The notes: a model not told the origin generated them from the sequence alone. Shown: positions 49,701-63,714, counted from the first letter of the whole stretch. The stretch: DNA of 63,982 nt, filler included, from Collodictyon triciliatum (GCA_043381765.1; 5 parts of 5 records of this genome joined end to end with filler, not necessarily neighbours in it); one strand, 5' to 3'. Program-made: numbers and translations.

Positions 49701-51826
49701 ATCAAACACCTTATTAATAAATACGTATCTCATTGACTTATGCGTGTATAACATTGTTATCCTCAACAATTCTTTTGACAGGAAAACCTAATCCACTGAA
49801 GGAGGTTGAGGAAATGGCACCGCCACAGCCGAATCTTGCGTCAAGGTTTCCATTCTTTATAGGACGACTTTGTCTAGACTTCAAGGACATAATACAATTA
49901 TTGATTTTCCTCCTCGTACCTTCGAAATGTCAACCATCGGCAACATTTTGGTTATTTTAACTCACACCATTTTCCTTCTTTTTTCATTTTTTTTTTCATG
50001 GAAGGCAAATCATAATCGACTTTTTCTGCGATTATCTTTACACCGAGCGAACACCGTCAGACCGCAATGTCATTGCTAGAATGGCAGAGATATGTGTTGA
50101 CATTCAGGTTCAGTACTCATCGACTTCTCACCATTTTCACTTCCCCTTTTAAAAAGAATAATGATATACAAATGAATGAATAGACCGACCAGGTTAGCAG
50201 ATTTCTCTCCTTGACAGGGGCCATGCGAATGTTGGAATCAACTGTATACGTCAAGCTTGAAGATGTAATCCCAAAATGCATTTATATACCAAAACATATT
50301 GGAATGTCACCAGCAACAGTCCCTTGGGCAAATGTAATTCCGTATGGATTAAAATGTTTTGTGTCTGAAATCTGATTGTTTCTGTAGAAGCTGAATGTGA
50401 TTGAAGTTTTCGAAAACCTCGTCAGTGCTTTGGAAGATATATGCTACCCAACACCTGATGATATGAATGCAGCGTTCTGCTTGTTGGCTTTTGATTCTCT
50501 TCCAAAAAAGTAATATTCAATTTACTGTGTGCCAGAAAATATCAGAAGTTTAATCCTTCTTTTTATACGCGAGAAAAGGATACGATAAAATTGTGATTCG
50601 CCCATCGCGACTTAATTCACATTATGCTAGTTTCTCCTTCCTCCTTGATTAAAAACAACAATCCAGCACCTTCCTAGAGTATGTTCGAAACGGATGCTTC
50701 ACCTTGAACGAATCCCTTTTGGCAGACATTTTTCGACACCCGAAGATTGAGTAAATATTCTCGTCCAGTTAGCAGAAGCCGTACCTCCTAAATCAGAAAA
50801 TTATTTATCTTACTTCACTCTCATTATATGGATTAGTGATTTTATAATAAAAAAAATATCAGCTAATTATAACATCTCTTGATTGATTTATGTATTTATG
50901 CATGCTGTGTGATATAGAAAGGCTGAAGAACTTCAAAAGTTCAAGTTTCAGCTACTTTCGATGATAAATACTGATGTAATTACACCATTCCTTATTACAT
51001 CTAATATAAGTCGTATTGAAAAAGGGCTATGATAGTATCATTGTAGAAGTAATTAATTGTTAAGCTTTTCTAGGATACAATATGTATCCAAAGGGATCGT
51101 GTCCTGAAATATCATCCTTTATCCCACAGCAAATCATGCCAATATATCGAAGCATCGAAAATTCAAAAGGAGCGAGATTTGTTCACGAGTATCTTGTATC
51201 CAAAATGCCAGAGGTCAGGCTCAGCAAAAGAGACATCCACAATCAAATTACCGAAATATTGGATACACAGGTATCAAAGAAACACTCAAACAGTTTTACA
51301 TCTTTCATATATATTTGAATGGCCGGATAGATGCAGACACATTAGGGCACTGTTTGGAGGAGGAAAAATAAACAAATTTTATCTTTTTCATTTGCTCTCT
51401 TTGGAACCCGACCGGATGAATGATTAACATCTATTTGAATGCAGAATAGCAATAGCTGTGTATGCTTTGGTAAACGTGTAGAGTAGAGCAGAGATCTTAA
51501 ATAATTGAATTTGTCACTAGAATGAGAAAAGGAAGCTTATGGAAAAGAGGAACACTCCGCCAGAATATTCAAACGCTGTCCTGTCACCCGAGGATTTACT
51601 GCCGCTCAGCGTGTTTCATAGTTGGATTCAAGTGGCCCTGGATAAGCCGCGAGTAGACCAAGAGGTGAATCACTCATCATCGCCCGGCGGATTTACAACC
51701 CTAGAGGCTTCGGACTTGGAGAAGCTTTCGTGTGTGGCCAACGAGCTGATGAGAGAAAGCACATTCCAATTACTTGCGCGAGGGACGTTTGATTATCTCG
51801 CTCCGATGGCAGATGATTACGTGTGA
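43755..51826 (+). CDS. Gamma-secretase-activating protein (GSAP/Pigeon)-like, many exons
   Basis: Exons read YFVNIVGRQTDG, MIVGASISLERTLV|AFTV, YDSFLAEVNPQ, KNFIWFEWDYMYNILHVI, VICLCQQ and LLLIYIPGYYIQ|FIDC. These recall human GSAP motifs (SVNSERTLL, LLVEIHP, FVWAQWD, VAVYLPGHFFHLLN). Last exon ends ADDYV-TGA. The start is tentative. Confidence 0.65.
45238..45595. repeat. (TTTTTG/TCTTTG)n hexamer microsatellite, intronic
   Basis: Direct reading; a similar block lies at 46868-47000. Confidence 0.95.
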
Positions 51827-52067
51827 ATTAAAATGTCTTTTTTGTTTACTTCATGTTTTCTTATATCGTTTGGCTCGCTTCCCCGTTCCACATCCAGTGC
51901 TGTTCGATGCCGATACATAAACACAGGGAGCTATCGTAGCATCGTGAATTCGCTTGTTACTAACATCTTGTCTCTGTAATCCTGAGGTCAGAAAGTTGAG
52001 CAGAATATCTGTTGTCTGGCTTTGTAATCATTATGATTGTTACTCATGCAGTCTTTTCTTTTCTTTT

Positions 52068-52163
52068 CTATTCTATTCTATTCTATTCTATTCTATTCTA
52101 TTCTATTCTATTCTATTCTATTCTATTCTATTCTATTCTATTCTATTCTATTCTATTCTATTC
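52068..52163. repeat. (CTATT)n pentamer microsatellite between convergent 3' ends
   Basis: Direct reading. Confidence 0.95.
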
Positions 52164-52307
52164 TTTTTTTTTGGATAACTTTATGACTGGATGATATCTC
52201 CAGTCTCCCTCTCTCTCTCTCCCTCTCTCGCCTCCCCTATAAGGCAGCAGAGGAACGAACGCAATGCCGTTTGATGCCGGGTGGAGAGAAGGTAATGGGA
52301 GTGCGCC

Positions 52308-54790
52308 TTAAAGAATAGTCATCTCGTTTGTGGTCGGAAACCACTGGAAGATGGAGCACATATTGTTGAGGAGATTGATTCCAACAGCCCAGACGTGTGT
52401 GCTGCCGACAGCAGATATGTTTGTGATGACATACTTGAGTGTGGTTGGAACTTTAGTCCAAGTGCGGCCTCCTAATGAGCAAGAGTTGAAGGCAGGGAAT
52501 GCCCCCCAGCCAAACATTGAGCTTGTGTAGTGATCACTTCAAAAAATGTTGGTAGAATGGCGGATAGAACCACAACCGGGATGAAACTCGTGGCGCTTTG
52601 TTATTCACGATGGACACAAATGAAGAGGATGCAATAATGATATACAAACCGTCCACAGTGTGAAGGAACAACGCAGTATTTGTGTCGCCAGTACCGTCCA
52701 GACCAGCTGCCCATCCCTCATTTTGGTTAATCATGTCGAGAGCCATCTGAGGTGACATTTACACATATATTTCGAGTACATCAACGCGTTAATATCCTGC
52801 TGCTGAAAATAAGAAAAGGAGCATCGTTTGGGATAACGGTATACCAAAGAGCCGCGAGCAATAGAATATTGCTTGGTCCATGTGCGTCCGCCGTCGTTTG
52901 TGGCAAGGATGAAGGCCTCTGAATGAAAATTCGAATAAACAAACAAGGATAAGCGATGCTGTTTCACAGGCTCCTCTGAGCATAATAACGCAGATGTCCT
53001 GATGATAAGGGAATCATAAATGGATACCGGAATCTCCTTCACCAACGACCCATCCCTGAGTCTGTGAGACGAACTCGATGGTGTTGAAGTAGTATTCTCC
53101 AGCATGGTCGTAGATAACTTGCCACGTGAGTCCACCATCAACTGTCTTTGAGACTGGGGACAAAAAATGGATCAAATAAAGTTATGTTGATTAGAAAATT
53201 GAATTGATTACCATCAGTCGAAGAAGTCTGCCATCTCAGGTGGTCAGTATAATTATTTTCATGGTATGCTTTACTTTTTTTTATCTTTATGTTTTGTATG
53301 TTTCTTTCCTAGCTAAATATCCTGTTTGATCTGTCGGAATGCATTGGTACATACTGACAGCACGGTAGTCAGATGCGGCCGTAAGAATAGGGTTGTGTGC
53401 AAGACGGCCAACACCAGCAGATGGGAGGCGGACTTTTTGACTATTAAAATCATATATTTCATATTTACGCACACAAATGAACAATAGAAAGGCACAAAAT
53501 ACGAGAGCAAACTATCTACATCGACGTGACTATGCTTCAAGTATGCTCTACATGGGCATAATGCAGAGGTATATTTGGTCAGCGTAAACAATAAAGTATC
53601 AAAAGTTGTGAGTCACATACGCGAATGGATATCCACTTGATTCTCCGTACATAATTTGGCTAGATGTGGGCCAATGTCCACCGGAGATGAAGCCAGTGTT
53701 GCGGTCCAAGAAAGAAGCTGATGAAAAGTAGTCATAAAATATGTATAGCATTCACGAAAGGGGTACATCAATAAATCTGGAGAACAAAGATAGGAAAGAG
53801 GAGGAGGAGGAAACAAAGGGTCATTCATAACACAAATGCAACATTCATTTATCCCGTGATATATACCATAACGAGCAGATTCATCTGCAGGGTTCCATTC
53901 ATGGTATGTGAGAGTCTTTCCACCATCGTAGGAAATGGCGATACTATATCAGCGATAATATTTATTTAAATAGGCATATTGATTGTACATGTCTCTCTTT
54001 TATCATTAAGTGTATAGTTTTGACATGTAATATGTAATGAAGGTCGAAAATAAGATATTTATATAGCAAACCCATTGCCCGAGATAGTGGCGTTGCCCCA
54101 AAAGCCGGGCAGGAAGTAAACACCGCCCTTTGTTTGGATGTCCTGATAGGCTGAACCCAACCAGCGGTCGTTCTCGGTGGTCTTCCACAGCGACCCATCT
54201 GTTGTGTACGCAGCACCAGCAAAAGTCCACCACATTCCCTGGCAAAGGCAGAGTTTGAGTGGGATTGGTTGGCATTATAAGTGAGGAATGAAATGGTTAG
54301 GGAGGGAGTAGGAGGGCGAGGGAAGACCAACAACCAGAAGAGTGGTGATTTTTTTTTTCCAAGCACAAACCAAACCACCGGTCATCGCACTAGTGGCGGA
54401 CGAAGAGACAATGTCCATGAATGTGGCGCTTTGGCCTTGAATAACCTGGTAATAATGACCCCAATTCATCGAGCTTCGAAGGGACCAAAGCAAATATGTT
54501 GAGGCGAAAAATATATTATAATGAAAAAATTCGATGTTATGGAGTTTGCAGGGAATGTGTTACTTGGGTTTTAATGGTTGCACCGCCATCGTTGGTCTGG
54601 GTAATATCGAAAAGGTCTTAGAATGGAGCATACAACAAAAGAAGAAAAAACAGTAGGTTCATCGTGTGCAATACATTCCCTTTCTCTATGTTTTGAAAAT
54701 CTGAAGCACTGAAAAACACCTTGAAAATGACTGGACCAACACCATTAACAGCACCCGCAAAATAGCCATTCCTCGAGTCAGAGAATGCTG
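52308..54790 (-). CDS. BNR/Asp-box (YCF48-like) beta-propeller protein, 5'-truncated
   Basis: Asp-box motifs in separate exons: K|TNDGGATI, ISYDGGKTL, ATNDGGRTWTK and HTVD|GGRTWTK; also FSDSRNGYFAG and INQNEGWAAG. Stop at 52308. Confidence 0.8.
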
Positions 54791-55017
54791 GTTGTTTTTT
54801 AAATTAATAATAAATAAAAAAAAACATTAAGGATAAGCATGTGATTTGAAGGATCATCACTTCACTGATCAAACGATGACTACGAATTAGAGGGGGGAAA
54901 AGCAACCATCTCGGCTTCATTTAGAGTGATTATGATGGCATAAAAAGTAAGCTAAATCTAAAGAGAATCACCTGAGAATTAAAAAAAAAAAAAAAAAAAA
55001 AGGGGGAGAGGGGGGGG

Positions 55018-55065
<48 letters not shown>

Positions 55066-55165
55066 NNNNNNNNNNNNNNNNNNNNNNNNNNNNNNNNNNN
55101 NNNNNNNNNTTAATTAATTAANNNNNNNNNNNNNNNNNNNNNNNNNNNNNNNNNNNNNNNNNNNN
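55066..55165. other. Artificial contig linker
   Basis: N44-TTAATTAATTAA-N44. Confidence 0.97.
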
Positions 55166-55330
55166 ACAGACTTTAATTATATATATAATTGTTTTAAAAA
55201 AGAATTGAAATATTTTTTATGTAAAATTAAAAAAAAAAAAAAAAAAAAAAAAAGAACAGTATGTATATTATTCTACATTAAATCGTGCGCATGAATACTA
55301 ATATTTTTGGTGAAAAGTTTAGCTTCATAC

Positions 55331-56284
55331 ATAGTCCAACGCATAAAGCAAACCAGAGCGCCGCGAATACGCCAATCGATAAGGGCATAAAAACTCTGAA
55401 TCTTCGAATGAGCCATTTTTCAATCCAGGTGAACCATAACCTATCTGTTGGATATTATCAGTGTAAAATTTTAACTACTGGAGGATTGCGGTTCCATTTA
55501 ACTTGGAGAAAATGGAGGTTTTTGGATGAAAAAAAAAAGTCAACCGATATTTATTTTCATACAATTAAATGATATCACATGTAAATATTAGTCTTTTTTT
55601 TTTCTTCTCTCTCTGGCTTGAATAACTGTGAGTACATAACTAAGAATTTATTCTAAAATTGATATGATGTGAAGCATTAGATGACTAAATGAAACAATGC
55701 ATATACCACTCCGTTTATTTTTCCCTTGAGTGACGAGTGTACAATGCGATTGTGTCCTGAATCTGCTATGAATATCGCATCGTCTTTTGGTAACCGTATA
55801 GCATGTTCTATACCATGAAAAATAAATGAAGCGATTAGTTTCCGTGTGATGAAAAAAAATTATGTTAATTGAATTATCAGAAGCATTATCTGTGTACATA
55901 CTATCATTGTTATCAAATAAAAAAAAAGCCAAACTTTTTTTTACCAGCACTAATTTGCATAAATAAAGTACTGTCGATAGTTTTAAATAAACGGGTATTC
56001 ATCCCCTTTCAAGGAAAAAAAAGGTGGCTCATCATATAACATTATGTGTTGCTACCACAACCTGATTATGAAAATCGGCTGCACCGGAAGAAAGAAAAAA
56101 AAAAGCGAAAAGGACGTGAAATAAAAGAACTCTACAAACGAGGTTCGCTGAATATCGGGCCGACTCGCGCTTGCAGGTTATTATCCTGTGTTTGTGTCGA
56201 CTTGAACGCTGCTTTTATCGCGCAGCGAACCCAGAGCGGTTGAAGGAATCGTCCAGGCCGACCCAGCAACATGGAGGAGAGCAT
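55331..56284 (-). CDS. 5' part of an NHL-repeat protein (NHLRC2/SOQ1-type repeats), 3'-truncated at the contig start
   Basis: Exon 1 MLSSMLLGRPGRFLQPLWVRCAIKAAFKST...; exon at about 55707-55808 AIFIADSGHNRIVHSSLKG; exon 55444-55331 IGYGSPGLKNGSFEDSEFLCPYRLAYSRRSGLLYALDY. Confidence 0.75.
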
Positions 56285-56813
56285 CTTTTTGCACCGCGTT
56301 TGTTGATGTGATTCCTAAATGAACGAAAAACAAAACAAAAAAAAAGGCAAAGAATTCCGCATTTGATAATTAAATCTGGAATATTAACACAAATAATTAT
56401 TGTACTCAAAAATATTCGCACTAGCACTAATACGATGAAAAAATGGTAGCTGATATATGTATTATGCATACACGAACAATTTTCTACTTACAGAAAAAGC
56501 ATTACCGATTTCAATATGAAATTTCAAATGTTCAACGAACAAAAATCGTGCTGTATGTCATTCAAAAATTCAATCTCTTCGCGGCGCGTCTCAAATCACA
56601 ATTTAGCACAATCCTGCCGTGGAAGAATTGGCCACGCTGAGTTTCGAAATTCGGCGAAGAGCACTGCCCGCCCCTTCAGCGAAAAGCCGAAACTATAAGA
56701 CGCATCAAACGCAAGCCGTTGCGCGATAAGCAGCCAGCAAAGCCCCCGAGCCACACACCCACCCACCCAGCGACAATCAAACACTCACCCACCGAAGCCG
56801 TACTCACCCTGCC

Positions 56814-59800
56814 ATGTCCACCCGCACAGCCAACCACAGCAGCCCGGCCGACGAAAGCAGCATGTACGTTGTGAAGCGCGACGGCCACCGCGAGCCGGTC
56901 TTCTTCGACAAAATCACTGCACGCATCAACAAGCTGTGCTACGGACTGGACGCAAACTACGTCAACCCGGTCGAGGTCGCACAGAAGGTTGTCGTGGGCG
57001 TCTTCAACGGCGTCACGACGTCCGAGCTGGACAACCTCGCGGCCGAGACGGCAGCCTACATGGCCACCAAGCATCCCGACTACGGCCAGCTGGCTGCCCG
57101 CATTGCCGTCTCCAACCTGCAGAAGAACACCCGCAAGAGCTTCTTCGAGACCATGACTCTGCTCCACGAATACATCGACAAGCCATCCGGCCGCCCGGCC
57201 AGCCTCATTGCCGACGATGTCTACGAGGTTCCTCATCCCATCCCATCCCCCATTCCCCATTCCCCATTCCCCATTCCCCTCCCTTTCAAAGAATGCGCGC
57301 CCCACACCGCCTTGACTTGCACTATATATATATTCACACACACGCCGTGTCCCTTTCTTGCGCCGTGTAACCTTGTTTCCTTCTGGCACCGATGCGGGTT
57401 GATCAGGTCATCGCAGCAAATCGCGAGCAGCTCGACAGCGTCATTGTGTACGACCGCGACTTCAACTACGACTACTTCGGCTTCAAGACGCTGGAGCGCG
57501 CTTATCTGATGAAGCTGGACGGCCGCGTGGCTGAGAGGCCGCAGCACATGCTTATGCGTGTTGCCCTTGGAATCCACAAGGCAGACATCGAGGCAGCCAT
57601 TCAGACTTATCATCTTATGTCCGAGGGTTGGTTCACACACGCTTCTCCGACGCTCTTCAACTCCGGGACGCCTCGGCCGCAACTCTCCAGCTGCTTTCTT
57701 GTGTGGATGAAGGAAGACAGCATCGAAGGTTTGCCCCGACAACAATCACGTGCAATAACTCACATTATATTTTCATGAAAATAAATAAATAAAAACGAAC
57801 AACTTCATTACCTCCCCACAGTGGCTCATTCGCACTCTAATGAACCGTCAATTGTTTTTGAAATAGGTATTTATGACACACTTAAGACCTGCGCATGCAT
57901 TTCCAAGTCTGCTGGTGGCATCGGACTCGCTATATCCAACATCCGCGCGAAGGAATCTTACATCCGCGGAACGAACGGGACTTCCAACGGGATTGTCCCC
58001 ATGCTGCGTGTGTTTAACAACACAGCCCGCTACGTCGACCAGGGAGGAGGCAAGCGCAAGGGCGCCTTCGCCATTTATTTGGAGCCTTGGCATGCAGATG
58101 TCTTTGAGTTCCTGAGCCTGCGCAAGAACACTGGCTCCGAGGAGCATCGCGCTCGCGACTTGTTCTACGGCTTGTGGATCCCTGACTTGTTCATGAAACG
58201 CGTCAAGGAAAACGGCGATTGGTCGCTTATGTGTCCGGACGAATGCCCTGGTCTCCACGATACTTGGGGTGACAGCTTCGAGGCCCTCTACACCAAGTTA
58301 GTGCTGATGCAACTCACCATGCTTTCATACTCGCTATTGTGGTTTCCTGTTGCCTGACGTGCTTGTATAAACTCCCCTAGGTACGAATCTGAAGGAAGGT
58401 TGCGGAAGACCATCAAGGCTCAGGAGCTCTGGTTTGCCATACTAGAGTCTCAGATTGAGACTGGAAATCCGTACATGCTCTACAAGGACGCCTGCAACCG
58501 CAAGTCGAACCAGCAGAACCTCGGTACCATCAAAAGCAGCAACCTATGCACGGAAATCGTTCAATACACATCCCCTGATGAGGTTCGTGTCTGATGGATT
58601 TTACTATATTGATTGTCGGGCAGTAACATTGTGCTCACCCATTTTCACGTGGATTGCATTATCGTTTAATTGGTATGCACTATACAGGTGGCTGTATGCA
58701 ACCTGGCCTCCATCGCACTGCCAAAATATGTACGAGATGGCCGCTTCGACCATCAGAAGCTCTACGAGGTCACCATGGTAAGCCTATTTATACGCCCCAT
58801 TATACCACAAATGGACAGAACTCCTATATCCCAGGCATATTTCATTTCAATCTATATCCATCGAGCTAATACCAACACCTACACGAACCATAGGCTATCA
58901 CCCGCAATCTGAACAAAGTGATAGACGTCAACTTCTATCCCGTACCCGAAGCAAAGCACTCCAACATGCGGCACCGCCCCATTGGCCTCGGTGTCCAAGG
59001 TCTAGCCGACGCCTTCATCAAAATGAGGTTAGAATCCAAGTTTGCTCCCCAGCTCTCTCACCTACCTGACTACTATCTGAACTGCGCTACAGAAGTAGCG
59101 ACCGCATACAGTGAACTAACGTGGTGCCTCATCTGTACATAGACTTCCCTTTGAATCAGAGGGAGCCCGTGTCCTCAATCGTGAAATCTTTGAAACCATA
59201 TACTTTGCTGCCCTTTCTGCCTCCGTGGAAGTGGCCAAAGTGGTGAGGGATAATCAGAACATTCCCTCCTTTAATAGGCACGCACTAGCAACAAACAAAA
59301 CCCCCATGTAACATAACAAACGCTATCGGATGTAGAACGGCCCATACGAGAGCTTCCCGGGCTCGCCAGCAAGCAAGGGCATTCTTCAGTACGACATGTG
59401 GGATGTCACTCCATCACCAAGGTTGCCGTCGCATAAGCGTATCCATTCGAATGATTATAATTTCATATAACACCCAATCTCGCATATGTACTCATAAGTG
59501 ATATTAACATTCAAGGTGGGACTGGGCCAAACTCAAGACTGACATTGCTCTTCATGGCATCCGCAACAGTCTGTTTGTCGCCCCCATGCCGACCGCTTCT
59601 ACGTCACAGGTTAGCATCGATTGATGAGTCCATTTAATATTATCTGCAAGACATTGACCGGTCTCCTACTTTCAAAAGCTTGAGTAGCTTAATTGATTGC
59701 TTACACTCTGTGTTGACTTTGACGTATTATGTTATTTTATTTTATTTTACCACTGTAGATTCTCGGCAACAACGAATGCTTCGAGCCATACACGACTAAC

Positions 59801-60676
59801 ATTTACACCCGCCGTGTCCTTGCTGGCGAGTTCACCGTGGTCAACCAACACTTGCTGAAAGACCTCACCGAGCGAGGACTGTGGACGCCTGCTGTTCGCA
59901 ACCGCATGATTGCCGACAACGGGTCCATCCAAAATATCCCAGGTAACCCCCAAACATCAATCATAAGAACGAATTGATACCACGCCGACTCCCTCCACAA
60001 AGACTGCCACGTCGGACGAAGTTGCAGAATATTGTCGTTGCACTCACATCCTGTCTGAAACAGGCATCCCCGAGGACCTGAAAAACATCTACAAAACCGT
60101 GTGGGAAATCAAGCAACGCACACTCATAGACCTGGCAGCAGAGCGCGCTCCCTTCATCGATCAGGTTTCCCTCGTTATCCGATCTCGGCGTGTATTTGCA
60201 TAATATTCAGAAAACATCATAAATGTCCCCATTTGCACAAGGAAGCAATCATGTATAATCACACAAATTACCAGTGGCCTTACACATGGTGCACTACCTT
60301 CTATTCACCGAACCCCTTTCTGTCTGACTCACCACACCCGCACACCATAGAGCCAAAGCTTCAACGTCTTCATTGCCGAGCCAAACTTTGGCAAGCTTAC
60401 ATCCATGCACTTCTACGCGTGGGAGAAGGGGCTGAAGACTGGGATGTACTACCTGCGAACGAAGGCGGCTGCCGAGGCCATCAAGTTCACTGTGGACCAG
60501 GTAATCACCACCACTCAATCCACCCGCCTCACTGCGCTTTTCACTCATTCCTCGTCTGCGCGCTATAGGAGGCACTCAAGAAGACTGCCGCAGACACCCA
60601 GTCGCGGGACAAGAACCGCACAGACATGGCTTGTTCTCTCGAGAATCGCGACGCCTGCGTCAGCTGCGGGTCGTAA
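56814..60676 (+). CDS. RRM1: Ribonucleoside-diphosphate reductase large subunit (class Ia), about 13 exons
   Basis: ATP-cone [58 protein letters not shown]-terminal [17 protein letters not shown]. Confidence 0.97.
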
Positions 60677-61351
60677 GCCGAGCCACTTGACGCGGTGTGC
60701 TGGCTCCTGCTCCTGCTTCCCTTTCATCAAACCTCACAGCACCGCACATATCCTGCTAGAAAGAGAAAGAAGAAAAAGAAAAGGAAGGAAGGAAGGAAGG
60801 AAGTCAGTCCGAACCCGCTGAATGTGACTCCCTTCATCGCCTCCAGCAGTCCTATACATAGTCCTTCATTTCCCTCCACCCCCAAATGTGCCCCGCCTCC
60901 CACAACCTGCACTTCCGCAGCCTTCCCGATATTCATTTACCAACCATCACTATTTTCTGCGCCTGCCGAAGGGCGAATCAAAACGAAAACAAAAAATAAA
61001 ATAAATAAAAAGTCTAGGGAAAGAAAAAAACTGAAAAGTTGACGGCAGATACATCAGAAATCCGCCGTTGTTTTATCCGGTATATCCGAGGGTTGCGGTT
61101 CATCACGCCGCAGCTTGATGGCTCTGGAAATGCGTTTATGGTATGGACACGCGCCTGAAGGCAGCATGAGAGCCAGCGACGGCAATAGTAGAGTCGGCGG
61201 CGGTGGGAGAGAAAAGAAGTCTTCCTGTGGGAACGCGTGCGGCCTGCTGACCAGTCTGCCAGCTCGTTGCACACTCTCGCTCACAGGCGCACTCACACTG
61301 CCCCCACACACCACGAAGCAGGTTGGCCAACAAGCGAAAGATATGACCGAT

Positions 61352-63439
61352 TCAATTAGCGGCCTTGAAGAGACGCTTGGCATCCTCGATGCGCTTTCGT
61401 GTGGATTGGCGTTCTTGTTCCCACTGAGTTGTGAAGAATATTAGGTTTTGTTTAGTATGCTTTGAGTTTTGGATTAAGGAGCAGAGGAGTGAATGGTGAA
61501 TCGCGAGACCTCGAGATTGCGAAGCTCGGCCCGCTGCTGTCGTTCCAGCCTTCGCTGTTGGATTTGCTGCTCGACTGGGGGTGATGGGAATGCGGCGTGG
61601 GGATTTTGTGATTCAAAAAGTATTTTATGTTTTTTGGTATTTATTTTTTATGCTTTCGATACTGATTCGAGAAATATTAAATGAACACAAATGAATTGAT
61701 AATTTGGCATCTGCGGTGTAAGTCGCGGATATGACAGTATGTTGCCAACATCAGAGGCTATAAGGAAAAGCGCCTGAACTATACATTTTCATTTCATTTC
61801 AAAAAAAAATAAATTGGTAGATTTATGCACGAACTTTGGTCCATATTCGTGGCCATGTCATACCACGATTGAATCGGCTTGTGCATATCGACAGCCACTC
61901 GTGTAGTTGCGACAGATTCTTTGGCTGTACTGGCTGTGTATCACGAAAATGAGTATTAATCGGGAGAATCGCCTATTCATTATGAGCGGCCTTGGTTGGG
62001 CGAATTGATATTGTCATTACCTTTTTCTTTTATTTCCGCGTGCTCTCGATTGACTATGTCTGCTTCAATATCTTCTAAAGGCCCACTACCATGTTGAACC
62101 ATGTGAATGGGTGATGGATACATGCGACATACGAACATAGAGTTTAGCCATCTTTTGTCTCTAAATATGAATATAAAATTAAAAAGGATATGAAATTAAG
62201 ATAGACGTGAGTCCTAGTCCCAAAGCTAGCTTCTCCAAATCGACCACTTCGACATCATCTAATTCTTTCAGCTTCGGCAAAGTTTTGATGAGACGCGAGC
62301 GGTAGGAGAGATGAAGACAACACGGATTTCCACTCAGTATGAGAAACGACAAGCAGGACGGGAACTGTACTGCAGTATATTTCATCAGAAAGCTCAATTT
62401 CTATATATCTTTATGATTTTCTCTATGAAAAGAATAATATAGGGTGGGCGATATTAAGTCATAGGTATAAAAAAATTCCTTTATTCGATTCGATATGTAA
62501 ACTCTATTTTAAAAAGACAAAGAAGTGTGTTAATTTGTCTCAAACATTCATCAAATTCTGATATTTCGTTCTCAGAGAGGTCCAAGTAAATTAGCGTTTG
62601 AAAATGTTTGATGTTCTCCACGGTTTTGATTTTGTTGTTTGATAACACAAGAAACTTCAGCCGATTCAGAAACTCGATATTTTCGATTTTCTGTATGAAG
62701 TTCTAAAGAGAGAAATAATATTATTCGCTATTATTTTCTTATTCATAATTATTAGGTTTTGGCGTCGGACTTGACTACTTTAAGTGTTTTTGGCTATTGA
62801 TAAAAATATTGATAATACATAAGATATTGGGACGAAAACGTAGTGCTAGAACTTACATATTGAAGATACAAGTGAGTTATCTGAGTCATGGACTCCAGAT
62901 TATCAATCTCATTGATGTTTGATCGGTCGAGATGAAGATGTGTGGTGGACAACAACATCTCAACTCTATTCCAAATGTATACCCTCTTAGTTTATACCAT
63001 TGATGACAGAATAAATTTTAAAAAAGAACATATTTGTCAAGAGAGAGTGAATAAAAGAATAAACGCAAAGATAAATGATTGTATTTCACTTTTCGTCTGC
63101 TGTGTAAGTTTTCCCTTTAGTTAGTTTTACTCCTTTCTTTAGTAGCAACGCAAATGTTATGGGAGCTGGCTCGCCCTTTTCTGCTCGAATCTGACGGTGA
63201 AAAAAAAAAACTTGACCTAGAAAACCACAAAGAAAACTACCAAAAGAAAAAGGAAAAGAAAAGAAGAAGAAGAAAAGATATTGGGTCAAAATTACCTTGA
63301 GCAGTTTGGATGACTCGATAGCTCTCCCAACATCGTCATCGTATGATTGCTCCGCAAGTAAATCTACACTTTCACTTCTCATCGAACCAACAGGGGAAAG
63401 CACTGCAGTGTTCGTGACTGAGGTGTTGCTGGTCTCCAT
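61352..63439 (-). CDS. SDS22-type LRR protein, LRRC46-like, multi-exon
   Basis: THLHLDRSNINEIDNLESMTQITHLYLQY|NFIQKIENIEFLNRLKFLVLSNNKIKTVENI..YLDLSENEI; FPSCLSFLILSGNPCC..YRSRLIKTLPKLKELDD (LRR cap); coiled-coil tail ending RLFKAAN-TGA. Confidence 0.78.
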
Positions 63440-63614
63440 TGCAACTTTAGAGCGAGAACAAGAAAGAAATATTATTAAAATAGGGAAAAGACTATATATT
63501 TATAGAAAGAAGAGAGACCATAAAACATGATACAACTGTCGGTAAATTGTCAAAGAAAAAAAGAAAAAAGAAGAAGAAAAGAAATGATTATACTAATCGA
63601 CCTTGGGCAGGGAT

Positions 63615-63714
<100 letters not shown>

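Noticed and set aside
55330-55390. Signal-peptide-like MPLSIGVFAALWFALCVGL as the missing 5' exon of the BNR gene
   Set aside because: It is on a different contig, and another frame of the same exon gives a convincing NHL repeat.
56214-56730. E2F/MCB-like motifs upstream of RRM1 (TTCGCGGCGCGT; inverted pair of TGCGCGATAA)
   Set aside because: None matches TTTSSCGC exactly, one lies in coding sequence, and such short motifs can occur by chance.
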